Part shown: positions 12,584-24,698 of the stretch, piece by piece
Layout: each line of letters opens with the position of its first letter
Position numbering within the stretch: position 1 is the stretch's first letter
Assembly: GCF_030144855.1 (NCBI RefSeq)
Contig: NC_082714.1
Location: 94,116,001-94,180,000 of the forward strand
Reading direction: 5' to 3'
Source of the DNA: Hypanus sabinus
Lineage: Eukaryota
Length of the DNA stretch: 64,000 nucleotides
Made by a program: the position numbers and the translations under genes
Notes under the pieces: model-generated
Database searches by the model: none
What the model was told of the DNA's origin: nothing
Seen by the model: the letters and a program-made list of their open reading frames with translations, nothing else

Positions 12584-12990
12584 TCTGGAAAGGCAGAGCG
12601 AATATTATCCGCCGTGAACAACGACAGATTTAGACCTTGTTTCTTATGTGCGGAGCAAGAACAGCAATGGAGTATTATGATTAAATGTTTTGAAGTGTTA
12701 GTAACGGCACAAGCTGACCAACTTACAGTGCGGGAGAGAAAAGCCAGACCCACCGAGACGAAAACTTGCACACTCGAAAGAAAGCAGGAGGTCCAATTGA
12801 TTCACGGCGCCATCCATTGGCCGCATGAGCATTTGTCATATTCCCGGATGTCTCTATCCAAAGCCTCACTGAGAGCTCCCTCAGTCTCAGACCAATCGGT
12901 AATAATGAACAACGGTTAATCTGTACTCCCATCCCTGATTATGTACAGCTTGCTAAGATTAAAACTGACCCTTGTCTTAACTACTGCTTT

Positions 12991-12996
12991 AATAAA
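12991..12996 (+). terminator. Polyadenylation signal of receptor gene 1
   Basis: AATAAA about 410 nt after the stop codon, followed by a T-rich tract. The same hexamer is kept at the paralogous position 62106-62111. Confidence 0.55.
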
Positions 12997-13099
12997 TTAA
13001 ATTTTGGCATGAAATTTAGATTTTTTTTCTTGGTCATCTAAACGCCGAATTGGTGGTGAGCCGCTAGTATGTAATAGTTCAAAAGTTGATTGCGCAATC

Positions 13100-14720
13100 T
13101 CCGCTGGAGTCTGGGATCCTGAATTCTCACTCCAGGTCATGAGACGTTCCCACTAAAGGTACAGAAAGAAATCCTTACTGACAGGAGGTCAAGAAGATTA
13201 GAGAGTTAAATGTGTGGCTCAAGCATTGGCGTGGGAGAAGTAGGTTTGAATTCATGGGGAATTGTCACCACTTTTCAGGAAGGAATCCGACGGGCTCCAC
13301 CTGAAACGTGATGGGACATGAATTCTTAGCGAAACGCATAACTAGCGCTGTGGATAGGGCTTGAAACAAATAGTAGGGGTGGGTTCGACAGATTGGAGAA
13401 GTATGGATAAAGTAAAAAGGAACTATTTGGATAAAGTAAAAGCGAAAAACAAAAAAGAGAAAAGTATTAGTGGAGTCAAGAAAACTCAAGTGGAAAAGAG
13501 TAAAAGATTACAAGATTTTAAAAGCGCAAGGAGTGTAAAGGCACTTTATTTGAATGCCGTAACAAGATCAGTAAACTTGTAGTCCAAACAGTATGATTTA
13601 GAGGCCATCACAGAAACGTAGTTGCAAGCTGGAGAAGATTGGGAATTAAATATCCAGGGAAATCAGGTAATACAGAAGGATTGGTAGGATGGTAAGGGAG
13701 ATCGCGTAGCGGTTTTAATTACAGATGAGATCAGGGTGATAGTGAGAGACGATATAAGATCTAAGGAGCAGAATGTTGAATCCATCTGAGCAGAGATTAG
13801 GAACAGTAGTGGAAAAAAAAGTCTCTGGTGGGAGTTGTCTATCGGTCGCTGAATAATAACATAACGGTGGCACAGGCAATAAACAAAGAAATATCTGAGT
13901 CATGTAAGAATGGAACCGCAGTTATAATGGGGGACTTTTAACGTGTACATAGATTGGGTGAAATAAGCTGCCAGACGGTATCTTGAGGAGAACTTCGTAG
14001 AGTGACACGTGACAGCCTTCTTGAACAGCATGTTACCGAACCTACAATGCAACGTACTATCTTACATCCGGTTCTGTGCAAAGAGCCAGGTAAAACTTGT
14101 GATCCTGAGGTTAAGGATCCTCTTGGAAAGACTGATCACAGTATGATTGTGTTTGTCATAGAAATGAAGAGTGCAATAGTTTGATCTACAACCAGTGTAT
14201 TATGCCTAAACAATGGAGACTACAATGGAATGAGGGAGGGTTTGGTTAGTGTAGACTGGGAACACAGGCTTTATGGTGAGATGGTTCAGGAACAGTGGAA
14301 AATCTTCAAAGAAAGTTTTCACGGCACTCTACAAATGTATATTCCAGTTAAAGGCAAGGACAGTAAGGGCGGCGAGAGTCTTGAATGAGTAAGAAAATAA
14401 AAGAAGACATTAGACTAAATATTCCTGTGTATAACGTCGCCTAGAGTAGTGGGAATCAAGAAGATAGGGAACAATTTAACTTTAGGGAAAACAGCAAAGA
14501 ACCACTAAGCAAGAAATAAAGGAAGGGAAAAACACAATGTAGATAAAACCGCACAAAATATAAACCGGATCGCGTAACTTTTATAATTATACAAACCGGA
14601 AAAGGATGGCTAAGGTGAATGTGGTTCCCTTGGGAGACGAGAAGGGGGAATTGATTTTGGGTAATGAGGAAATGACTGATATTTTGAAAGACTATTTTGT
14701 TTCAGTTTTCACGGCGGACG
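13100..14720 (+). mobile_element. CR1 LINE fragment (ORF1 end / endonuclease region)
   Basis: Remnants VKALYLNA, VIMGDFN and DPLGKTDHSMIVF. Interrupted at 14721 by an LTR element. Confidence 0.75.
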
Positions 14721-16223
14721 TGTCATGAGGGGCCGGATGGACCCAAACGCAGGAGACAGGCACTGAAGTACTAGGGGGAGGACAGGATGGGGATGCCATG
14801 GCACTTAACGGTAGCTGGGGTTCAGGCAGATAGACTTCAGGCAGGCGGAGCGGAGCGGCTCCCGAAGTTCAGGCAGGCGGAGCGGAGTGGTTCCCGAAGT
14901 TCAGGCAGGCGGAGCGGAGCTTCTCCCGAACTTCAGGCAGGTGGAGCATAGAGGCACCCGAAGTCCAGGCAGGCGAAACTGAGCAGCCCCCGAAGTTCAG
15001 GGAGGCTGAGCGGAGCAGCTCCCGATGTTCGAAGTCCGGTAGGCAGGCTCCCGGGATACAGGCAGGCAAGCAGACAAGTACCCGGGTTCTGGCAACCAGG
15101 TCCCCCAGGTTCAGGCAGGCAGACAGACAGATCTAGGTGACGATAGGCTAGAGGAGAGCCCTCCCTGGGCGGGCCGCATGTATCATGGGTAGAGGCGCCT
15201 CCCAGGCGGAAACACCGGAGGCCTGGGCATGATGCGGATCCATAGGCTGTTGCGGGCACTATCACAGAGTTCAGGCGGAAGAGGAATAGGGGCCAGAACC
15301 CCCGCCGGGCCACGGTTCATCAGCCGGAGCCGCCCGACGGAGGCAAGGGATAGGAACAGGCAGAACCATTGCCGGGCCGAGGCAGGTAGGCCAGACGTGC
15401 CCAACAGGGGCAAGGGGTAGGAACGGGCATAGGTCCAGGTCGATCAACACAACAGACATGACAACGGGAAATTCGGAAACGGCCGGCAGACAGCGCGACC
15501 GCGCGAAAAACAAAACCGAGCGGAGAAGCGGGACCAACGCATGGTAAGAAAGGTGGGAGAGCGGACCAACTTGGTATACTGGTACGAGCAGAGAATCATG
15601 ATAAAGAATAGGTCTGAGACCGGGCAGGGTAACAGAATGCAGAGGCAAGTTCGGAGCGAGCGCAGAAACAGGAAACTGAACAAAATGAACACCAGTCTGG
15701 TCCCAGTCCCAAGGCCCCTTATAAACACCTGCAGCTCAATCAGTTACATGTGTGTCTCCTTCAACCAGGAGGGTCCTAACTAGATCACGGGTGACGGGAG
15801 GGACAACTGCAGGACCCTGAGTTCGGAGCCCGCGGACCGGATCAAAAGCCGGAACGCTTTTCCGGATCGGACCATGACAGTTCCCCCCCACCTCCTCTAA
15901 GGGAGCTGCCAGGCGACCAAAGCGAAAATGGAGGACCAGGGACGATACGGGTTGGTGGGGGGGGGGGATATTCAAAGCAGAGAGGACCCCAGGGTAACGG
16001 GAACTAGCCTCCAGTGCCTGTGCCGCTGGGTCCATGCGTGGGGTGGTCGTTCTGTCATGAGGGGCCGGATGGACCCAAACGCAGGAGGCAGGCACTGAAG
16101 TACTAGGGGGAGGACAGGATGGGGTTGCCATGGCACTTAAGGGCAGCTGGGGTTCAGGCAGATAGTGTTCAGGCAGGCGGAGCGAAGCGGCGCCCGAAGT
16201 TCAGGTAGCCGAGCGGAGCGGAC
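14721..16223 (-). mobile_element. Internally deleted Gypsy-type LTR retroelement: full 1159-bp 3' LTR (14721-15879), 173-bp internal part, truncated 5' LTR (16053-16223)
   Basis: LTR ends TGTCATG...CATGACA. The first 170 bp of the LTR recur at 16053. Minus-strand polypurine tract GAGGAGGTGGGGGGGAAC abuts the LTR. Gag-like start MDPAAQ lies just after the 5' LTR. Confidence 0.85.
14836..15027. repeat. 32-bp tandem repeat (about 6 units) inside the LTR
   Basis: Unit ttcaggcaggcggagcggagcggctcccgaag starts at 14836, 14868, 14900, 14932, 14964 and 14996. Confidence 0.9.
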
Positions 16224-16639
16224 GGATTTTTTAGGACGGATATGAGGAGGAACTACTTTTCCCAGAGTGGTGGATCTGTGGAATTCTCTGCACTTTGCAG
16301 CAGTGGAGGCTACCTCAATAAGTATATTTAAAACAAGGTTGGATAGATTTTTGCATAGTAGGAGAATTAAGAGTTATGGAGAAAAGGTAGGACTGTAGAG
16401 ATGAGTGCGTGGTCAGATCTGCCATGATCTTATTGAATGGCGGACTAGGCTCGACAGGCCAAATGGCCTACTCCTGCTCCTATTTCTTATCTTCTTTAAC
16501 ATGGCACGTAAATTCCTGAACTGTCTGCGCAGAACTAACGAATCCCCTGTTGCCAGATCGTTCTTCTTCCCCGCTTCCCTTCTGAGCCACAGAGACATAG
16601 CCAGTGCCAGAGACCCGACCACAGTAAATTTCTTCTGTT

Positions 16640-17520
16640 CGCAGTACACAAAGTGCGGTGCAACCAATATCTTATAAAGCCCCAGAGTTACGGCCTTGCT
16701 CCTATATTCCAGTTTTCGCGAAATGAATGCTAACATTGCATCTGCCTTCCTTATTACCGACTCAACCTGCAAATAACCTTCAGGGATTTATACAGGAGGA
16801 CTCCCAGGGCTCTTTGCTCCTCTGATTTTTTAAATTTTCTTCCTGTTCAGAAAATAATCTACGCCATTATTCTTTACTGCAAATTTTATGATCGTACTCT
16901 TTCCTGCTCTTCATTCTATCTACAACTTCTTTGTCTATACTCCAGTTCTGTCTATGTTCTTCTGCAGACACCATGCTTCCTGAACACTACCCGTACCTGC
17001 AATTGTCTTTGTATTGTCCGTAAACCTGGCCACAAAGGAATCAGTTCCGTCCACCAAATCGTTGTCATAAAGTGTCAAATGAAGCGGTCCCACCACCGGC
17101 CTTTGTGGAACAACACCTGTCTTCGGCAGCTAATCTATCCAAGCTAGTATCTTTCCTGTAATAACATTGGTCTTATTAAGCAACCTGATGTGCGGCACCT
17201 TATCAAAGGATTTCTGAAAATCTAAGTAAGTAACACACACTCATTCTCCTTTGTCTGTCTTGCCTGTTATTTCCTCGAAGATTATAAACAGACTTGTCCG
17301 TCAAGATTTCTGCTGAAGGAAACCATGCCGACGTTGTCTTACTGTATCATGTGATTCCAAATACTTTGAAACCTCAGCCTTCGTAATGGATTCCAACATC
17401 TTCCCGACCACTGGAATCAGGCTTATTAGCCGATAATGTCCTTTCTTCTGCCTCTGAAAGAGTGGACTGACAGTTACAAATTCCCAGTTTCCCGGAACCA
17501 TTCCTGAATCTAGTGATCCT
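16640..17520 (-). mobile_element. CR1 RT fragment
   Basis: Minus strand reads YRLISLIPVVGKMLESI...RHGF and MLAFISRKLEYRSKAVTLGLYKILVAPH. Confidence 0.8.
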
Positions 17521-18730
17521 TGAGAGATCATTTCACAGCTACCTGCAATAAACCCACCGATTATCACAGCTACCTGGCGTATACCTCTGACCATCATGTT
17601 ATTTGTAAAAATGCCACGCATTTGTCTCAATTCCTCAGTCTCCACTGCACCTGCTCGAGTTTGAGTCTTTTCGTTGCAGAACTAACACTTTCTCCTTCCT
17701 CAAAGGGATTTCCCTTTCTCCACCATCAATACAGCCCTAACCCGCATCACTTCTATTTCTCGCACGTCTACCCCCACCCATCCACACGCCAGTCCATTAG
17801 TGAAAGGGTTCTTCTTGACTTCACCTACCACCTCACCAATCGACGCGTCCAGTATGTAACTCTGAGTAACGACGGCGATCTCCAATGGGATCCTACCATC
17901 GTGCACTTCTCCTGCCGCTGCTTTCCGTTTTCCGCGGGCATCGCTCCCTACGCGATTGTCTTGTCAATTCCGCCGTCCTCACTGATCCCCATCCTGACAC
18001 TTATCCTTGCAAACGTAATAAGTGCTTTACCTGCCCCTATACATCCGCCCTCAGTACCATTCAAGCACCAAGCAGTCCTTGCTGGTGAGGCGGCACTTCA
18101 CCTGTGTTCCCGGTTTGGCCTCCTGAATATTGGTGAGACCTGACGTAGATTGGGAGATGGCTTCACCGACCACCTACATTCCACCCGCCAGCAAAAGTGG
18201 GATCTCCCGGACGTCACCCCTTTTAATACTACTTCACATTCAGTTTCTGACATGTGAGTCTATAACCTCTCCTACTATCGCGATAAAGCTACATTCAGGT
18301 TGGAGGAGCAACTCCTGATATTCCTTCTGGGTAACCTCCAACCCGATGCAATGAACATCGATTTCCAAAACTTTCGGTAATTGCTACCTGCTTTCCTTCA
18401 CCGTTCCCCATTCTCATTTCCCACTCTCAGCATAACTCCATACGTCCCCATGAACTCCTTCTGGTACTTCTCCCCCTTCCCTTTCTTCGTGGCTTTTTGC
18501 CCCCTCCTATCTGATTACCCCTTCTCTAGCTATTTATCTCTTTCACCGATCGACTTCCCAGCTCTCTGCTTCACCTCTCTTCCTCTAAAGGTTCACCTAT
18601 CACGTAGTAGCTTCTATTTCTTCCTCCTCGAGCCCCACCTCCTACTCTGACCTCATCTTTTTTCTGTAGTCTTGATGAAGGGTCACTGCTCGAAATATCG
18701 ATTGTTTACTCTTTTATATTGATTCTGACT
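17520..18730 (+). mobile_element. Penelope-like element fragment (RT C-terminus plus GIY-YIG endonuclease)
   Basis: KPTDYHSYLAYTSDH, CKRNKCFTCPYTS, GLLNIGET and the terminal MNIDF. A related 3' end lies at about 38110-38610 (-). Confidence 0.8.
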
Positions 18731-19042
18731 GTGCCGCGGAGTTCCAACAGTATTCAGTGAACGTTACTTATTTCATAACGTTTTCAGCTGCTCATTTACA
18801 ACCCTGAGGTGTATCATTATGGTCCAGATGACTTAAACTACCCTCAAACCTTTCAGTTCCCAAGCTTCGTAATAGCAACTATACTCATTTCTGACACTCT
18901 GAAATATCTGTCCATACTGCTTGTGTTTTCCATAGTGATGACTGATGGAAAACAGATTAATTTTGTTTGCTGTTTCTTAGTTCCCCCATTATTACTTATC
19001 TAATTTATGTTCTAGCGGTCCGACACTCACACTAGCCTCTCC

Positions 19043-19046
<4 letters not shown>

Positions 19047-19083
<37 letters not shown>

Positions 19084-19095
19084 GTGTGTGTGTGT
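19047..19095. repeat. (CA)17(TG)7 compound microsatellite
   Basis: Read directly from the sequence. Confidence 0.95.
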
Positions 19096-19166
19096 AAAAA
19101 TGGTTTTGGTGTCCTCTTTTACATTATTGGTTAACTAACCTCATATCCTAAATATTCCTGCTTCAG

Positions 19167-19379
19167 GAAGATGGAACCAGAGACGATGAATAGACGCCGA
19201 CCACGATTCAAGCAAAGAGCCTTTCCACTGAAGTGACTGAGTTACCTCCCACTTTCCAATCAAATGCCTTTATTCTGGGCGTTCAGTGGAGAGGGTAGAA
19301 GGCGGCTTTGATCTGCTCAGTAGTTGTACCGTCCATGTGGGTCACGAGAGGGAGGTGAAGAGCCAGATTGGGATTTCCG
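19167..19379 (+). pseudogene. Possible decayed B7/butyrophilin-type Ig C-domain exon
   Basis: Acceptor cctgcttcag. 213-nt phase 1-1 block in one frame with 3 stops, ending SVERVEGGFDLLSSCTVHVGHEREVKSQIGIS. Donor is weak. Confidence 0.25.
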
Positions 19380-20227
19380 GTTGCCTTATTGGGAGATCGA
19401 AGCACCGGATGTCAGCCTGGAACAAAGAACTTTCCAATTACAAACGTAAATAGGCAGTTAATGGAGTGTACTGAATACAGATTACGGAGTCTGAAAATCA
19501 CATGCAACAAAGTTCTTGCAGAACTAACTATGCTTGCCTTTTTTCCAGTAGGACAACTGGACCAGAAACTTTTTCATGCTGTACAGGAAATTAGACCAGA
19601 GCAAGGACTTTGCCTTGTGCCTTCTGCAACAATCATTTAGATCGCGGCTGATTTTGGAGACCGACAGGATATGGGAAAGCACAGGCCTGAAAGAAATTAC
19701 CGATAAAACGAGGGCCGAAATAGAGAAGATATACGTCATAGGAACCTCGAGAAACGGTGTTGTAAGCGCGACTGGTCAGATTTCTGGCAGGGAGCATGAT
19801 GGAACTAAACGATGCAACAGCTAAATCAAGGGGAAGTTTAAGAACAACGCTGAAATATTAAAACGGAGAGGGTGTACTGTCGGTCAGGAAAGACTGAACT
19901 GGAGAAAAGCGAACAAATTGTGAATTACAGATTTCGCTTCAGTGTTTGCATTACTTCTTTCTCCTCGCTAATCCCGTTGAGAAGACATTAGGTGGGATAA
20001 GCCAGTACCCGTCCGGAGGAGAGGGCGATTCGGAGGCCTCTTTCAGCCGCGTTTGACTCTATTATATAATTAGCTGCTGTGGACTCATCCAGCCGAATCA
20101 TAACTTTCCTCAGATGGTGTGTGATCTGCCGATGCTTCCAACATTTTCTATGTTACTTTTGATTTTCCAAAATAAAATCTACAGCTCCACTGTTGCATTG
20201 AGGTCACGGATTGAATATGCATTGCAG

Positions 20228-20977
20228 GAATTATTCTGCACATTACCGAACAGATGTTGTCCTCAATCTGGCTCCACATCTCTGATCTAAAATATTTTTC
20301 TGATGATGAACAATTGATAGATTCGACAGTAAAAGAGTCAAAAGAGGCTTGCTTCTTCAGCGCATATTTCTCTGGGATGGTGTGGAGGAATTAGTGAAAA
20401 GATATCGTTCAATGCACGGCCCAAATCTGCTAGTATCAAATATAATCGAAAGGTTCTGTAATTTGACTACAGTTAAAAGCTAAAGCGTCGTGGAGACGCT
20501 ACAGACACGTCACAAATGCTCTCTAATGATGGAAGGTTGTATTTCAAACATTTTGGGAGACAAGTTTCAGTATTTGACCATGTTACGACATTTGATCTTC
20601 TAATGGCCGTTTGATTTTATATTGTGTCACACAATACAACAACATAACTGGATTATCTTAGGAATAACTGACGCCTTGGTTGTGGAGAATATAAACGTCC
20701 ATTCTGAATCTCGCCTCTGTAGACTCTAAATCTATTGGCATCGTTTCAGGCTGAACTAAAAAAAAGGACAAATTTAATTGATTTTTCAATTGTCAATTTA
20801 AACGACACAACTTTTGCTTGTCATCGAGAGGCAAAAGAAACAGAAATTCTCTTGGAATCGACAGAGAACTATAAATCTGTGAACAAGAATCTCTAATCTC
20901 TAAGATTAGCACAAAGGAATACTGTCGGTGAAATTTGCAAGAAAGGAAGTGTTAAATTTCTGAGCACTTTATCAAAG
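20228..20977 (+). pseudogene. Possible decayed NLR-type LRR region
   Basis: Long nearly open stretches containing CNLTTVKS*SVV, QYLTMLRHLIF, TNLIDFSIVNLNDTTF and NL*SLRLAQRNTVGE. Ends at donor AAG|GTATCA. Confidence 0.3.
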
Positions 20978-21369
20978 GTATCAAAGGTTTCAAAGATACA
21001 TTTAATGTTAAGAAATGTACACAATATAGATGCTGAAATTCTTTTTCTTCTAGGGTAGTTACGGATGTCGTTGACGTAGTAACGTTGTCATGTTCCAAAA
21101 TGCTATATATATTCTCTCAGATTCAATGACTATAAATCCCCATCGTTCAAGGAAGGCGGCAAAAGAAATTGGTATACAAAGTCTAGTTACCCGAACATAA
21201 TGGCAAAGACGTGGGAACAAGAAAAACTGATGACTGGATTGGACAGAGTTATGGATTTGCCAAAGTGAAACATATTTGGCAAATCTATATTTTGTGTTTG
21301 TAGTTTGCAGAAGAGGTAAAGGCGAATCAGTTAACGTGTTTACTTTATGAAAGCAGTTAATAATCTGTC

Positions 21370-22020
21370 ACACAGAATTATTAAAGTTAATGTTGCTACA
21401 AACGTTTTTGAACAATGGCGTGACAGATGCCCTCTTCCAATCTTCTGGGACCTGCCCAGGGTCCAGAGAATTTTGGGGAATTATCATCAAAGTCTTTACT
21501 GTAACTTCTGCCACTTCTTTCAGTACCCTGGGATACATTCCTTCAGGGCCAGGGGACTTATTTATCTACAGGCCCACAGGTTTGGCAGCACTAGCGTTTT
21601 AGTGATAGTTATCGTATCGAGGTCCTCAATTTCCATCGCATCTATAACGTTTCTTTTTGGCATATTAGCCGTGTACTTCACCCTGATGACTAACACAACA
21701 GAGACCAATAAAGCCTCTGCCACTTCCTCATTACCCAACATCAATTCTCCTTTCTCGTCCTCCAATGGACCTACGTTCATTTCAGGCACCCTTTCGTTAT
21801 CTTGTTTTGTTTCCTTGGTTATCCAAGGCTGGCTCTCCCTTACTTTCCTTGCTTTTAACTGGAATATACTTCTGTTGAGCACGTCTCTGTTGAACTCGCT
21901 CTCACCTCTCTCTATGCCACCCATCGCTATCTATTTCTGTTTCTTTCCTACTCGTGTGACCACCGAGTTTGGTATTAAATCCGCTGCGATTGTTCACCGC
22001 CTCGTGCGAGTTCCGCATTG
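21370..22020 (-). mobile_element. CR1 ORF2 fragment
   Basis: Minus strand reads MNVGPLEDEKGELMLGNEEVAEAL. Confidence 0.8.
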
Positions 22021-22393
22021 TACTGAATCTTAAAGTTTTACATATTTCCCCATTTCCACATTGCATTTATCAGGGATTATCATGAAGACCGTTTCCCCAA
22101 CCCAGTCTTGCAGTCAGCTACTATTCTCATGGTTATCAAAACACATGAGAATCAGCAGATGCTGGATATCCGGAGCAAAACAAACATAATGCTGGAGGAA
22201 CTCTTTAAGTCAGGTAGCATCTATAGAGATGTCCTGATGAAAGGGCTCGGCCCGAAACATCGACTGTTCATTCCCCTTCATAGATATCGCCTGATCTGTA
22301 GGATTCGTGCAGCACTTTGCTTGTGTGTTGCTCTCTCCCATCAAACTATTTTATAAAGTTGGATTTCCTCTTTGGACTTTTTTTGTTATTCAG

Positions 22394-22761
22394 TATCATC
22401 TCTAAGTTCTGGTACCGCCCTGGTAAAATTCTTACTACGGTACCTTTTCCAAAGCCTGTAATATTGTGCAGATCAGAACTAGAGAGCTTCATGGAAATAT
22501 ATGTAACTTCCTTAATCTTCAGTGAACTGTTTTATTTTTGTGGAGAGTTGGGTGAGATGTGTGGGTCGGCTAAAAGGAGGAAGTCTTGGGATGAAAACAT
22601 TATTAGCAATTCATTCTTTCATCCGTGGAAGTTGATAATTACACCGGGGTTTACCCCCTTCAGACTGGATCTCACCAAATGCACTGAATTCATTCGCAAT
22701 TACATTTGGCACGCTGGCTTTCATATACTGAATAGCCATTTTATTATGTGTATCCATTAAA
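22394..22761 (+). pseudogene. Possible decayed Ig-C fragment exon plus TM exon
   Basis: Exon 22394-22551 (PFPKPVIL...IYVTSL...FYFC), donor G|GTGAGA, 112-nt intron, acceptor ccccttcag, then in-phase DWISPNALNSFAITFGTLAFIY*IAILLCVSIK. Confidence 0.3.
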
Positions 22762-24698
22762 GTGTCCATTAAGTGTATGTTCGCGGTCCTGAATTTTGAA
22801 TCGCCTCAGTATTCGACATGTTGTGCGTTCATAAACGCTCTTCTGCACACCACTGTTGTAATGCGTGGTTATTTGAGATATTGTCGCCTTCCAGACAGCT
22901 TGAGCCAGTCTCGCTATTTTCCTCTAATCTCTCTCAGAAACAAGGATTTGGCTCCCACAAATTTGCTGCGCACTCGATGTTTTTATTTGTTTTCATTTCC
23001 AGACTCCGTAAACTCCAAAGACAGTTGATTTTGAAAATCCTTGAAGATCATTAGTTTCGCAAAGATGTTATTAAACTGGAAAGACTGCAGAAAAGATTTA
23101 CAAGGATGTTAGGAGTCGTGGGACGACTTACATGGGTACATTGGACAGGCCAGGACTTCATTCCTTAAAACGTGGGAGACTGAGAAGTGATCATGTCATG
23201 TGTATAAATCACGAAGTGCAAATATATAGTGGAAGTCTTTATTCACAGATTTACGTTATCAGGAAATGGTGGGCACAGTTGTCAAGAGAGAGAGGAAAGA
23301 GGAGATGAACTTTTTCTCTCTATTCAGCAATGTGTAATGTGATTGCCTCTCATTTCCCTAAACTTCAGAGAGCTTGATGTCTCCTTCTCAGCCTCAAATG
23401 ATAAGTAAATTTAGTATCGAAGTTCAAATACGTCATCATATACGTCTACGGGATTCATTTTCTTGCGGACATTCAGAGCAAATACAAAGAAGCGAAAAGA
23501 AATCAATGAACAATGGCAGGCAACAAAGAGGGACAATGAACCAATGTGCAAATCCACAAAATAATAATAAATAAAATAGCAATAAAGATTGAGTTACAGA
23601 GCTCTAGAAAGTGTCCATAGATGGTGGAATCAGTTCAGTGTTGATGTGAATGAAGTTGAGTGAAATGGATCCCTCTGTTTCAAGAGTCTGATAATAGAGG
23701 GTGATAACTGTCCCACAACTGCTCATAGTGTTTATGGGATCTCAGGTTCATCTACATCATTATGGCAGCAATGTGAAGAGAGCAAGGCTTGCATAGTGGG
23801 GTTGGTGGGGAATAGTCCTTGATGATGGTTGCTGCTTTCATGCGACTGCTCCACTTTAGGTGTGCTCAGTGGTGGGGAGGGCTTTGCCCGTGATGGACTC
23901 GGTTTTATCCAGTACAACTTGTACGTGTTTCCGTTCAAGGGTACTGGTGTTGCCATAGCAGGCGTGTATACAAGCAGTCAATTTAGACTCAATCGTGCAT
24001 CTATAGAAGTTAGTAGGAGCTTTAGATATCATGCCAAAGCTTTGCAAACTTTTAAGAAAGTAGGGGCCCTGCCGTTACTTCTTTGTAATGGTGACTGTGG
24101 GTTGGACACTGCACAGAAATTAAAACATCTCTGATCCCCTGATGAGATCAATACATTTTTTCTTTGGATTTGCTCAGATTATCAGTGAGAGATTGTTGAT
24201 GTGGCACTATTCAGCCAAATAAGGTTATGTCTTTGAGTCAGTCCTCTCCACAGGGGAAGCAAAGGCTACACGACCGACACGGAGACTTAGATTAGAAGAC
24301 CAGTGTAGATTTGTTCAACAATCTGCCAGAGGTAGTGACAGAGATAAATAAACTGAGCAGTTTTAAAGACATCCAGGCGGATAGACGCATATTAAAATTT
24401 TATGGTGACATTAGTCAAACGCATACGAATTGGATGAGCGCTGTTAGGCAACTTGGCCGGCATGGACAAGTTAGGCACAAGTGCCATTTTCTGTGTTGTA
24501 TAACTCATTAAGTCTGAAAGTCGCGGCTGCCGCTGACAGGGATTTAGTGTCATAGTTACTTGTCAGTGAGGCTCAACAATAATCACTCCTCGGGCTTCCA
24601 ATAAATATTATTAATTGTAGGGACTGACATCTAAGGACAAGATCTGTTTGAAGTTAGTAACAACGAATTAAGCTAACGATCAATTATATCCCTCGCAG

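Larger units (their letters stand above)
8311..13872 (+). repeat. Segmental duplication copy 1 (paralog at about 56834-62991)
   Basis: Collinear similarity by eye through the TM exon, both cytoplasmic exons, shared Tc1/Rex1/CR1 insertions and the polyA site. Confidence 0.9.

Noticed and set aside
12551-12615. Alternative frame of the terminal exon (STPSWRL...YYPP*)
   Set aside because: It needs phase 2, but exon 5 ends in phase 0. It would only apply if an unseen exon intervenes.
14836-15027. CRISPR-like look of the 32-bp repeats
   Set aside because: Direct tandem units without unique spacers, inside a eukaryotic LTR.
14869-16131. Multiple overlapping GC-rich ORFs
   Set aside because: They arise from LTR tandem repeats; no protein motif apart from the gag-like start.
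21347-22033. 228-aa plus-strand ORF
   Set aside because: It is the antisense shadow of a CR1 ORF2 fragment.
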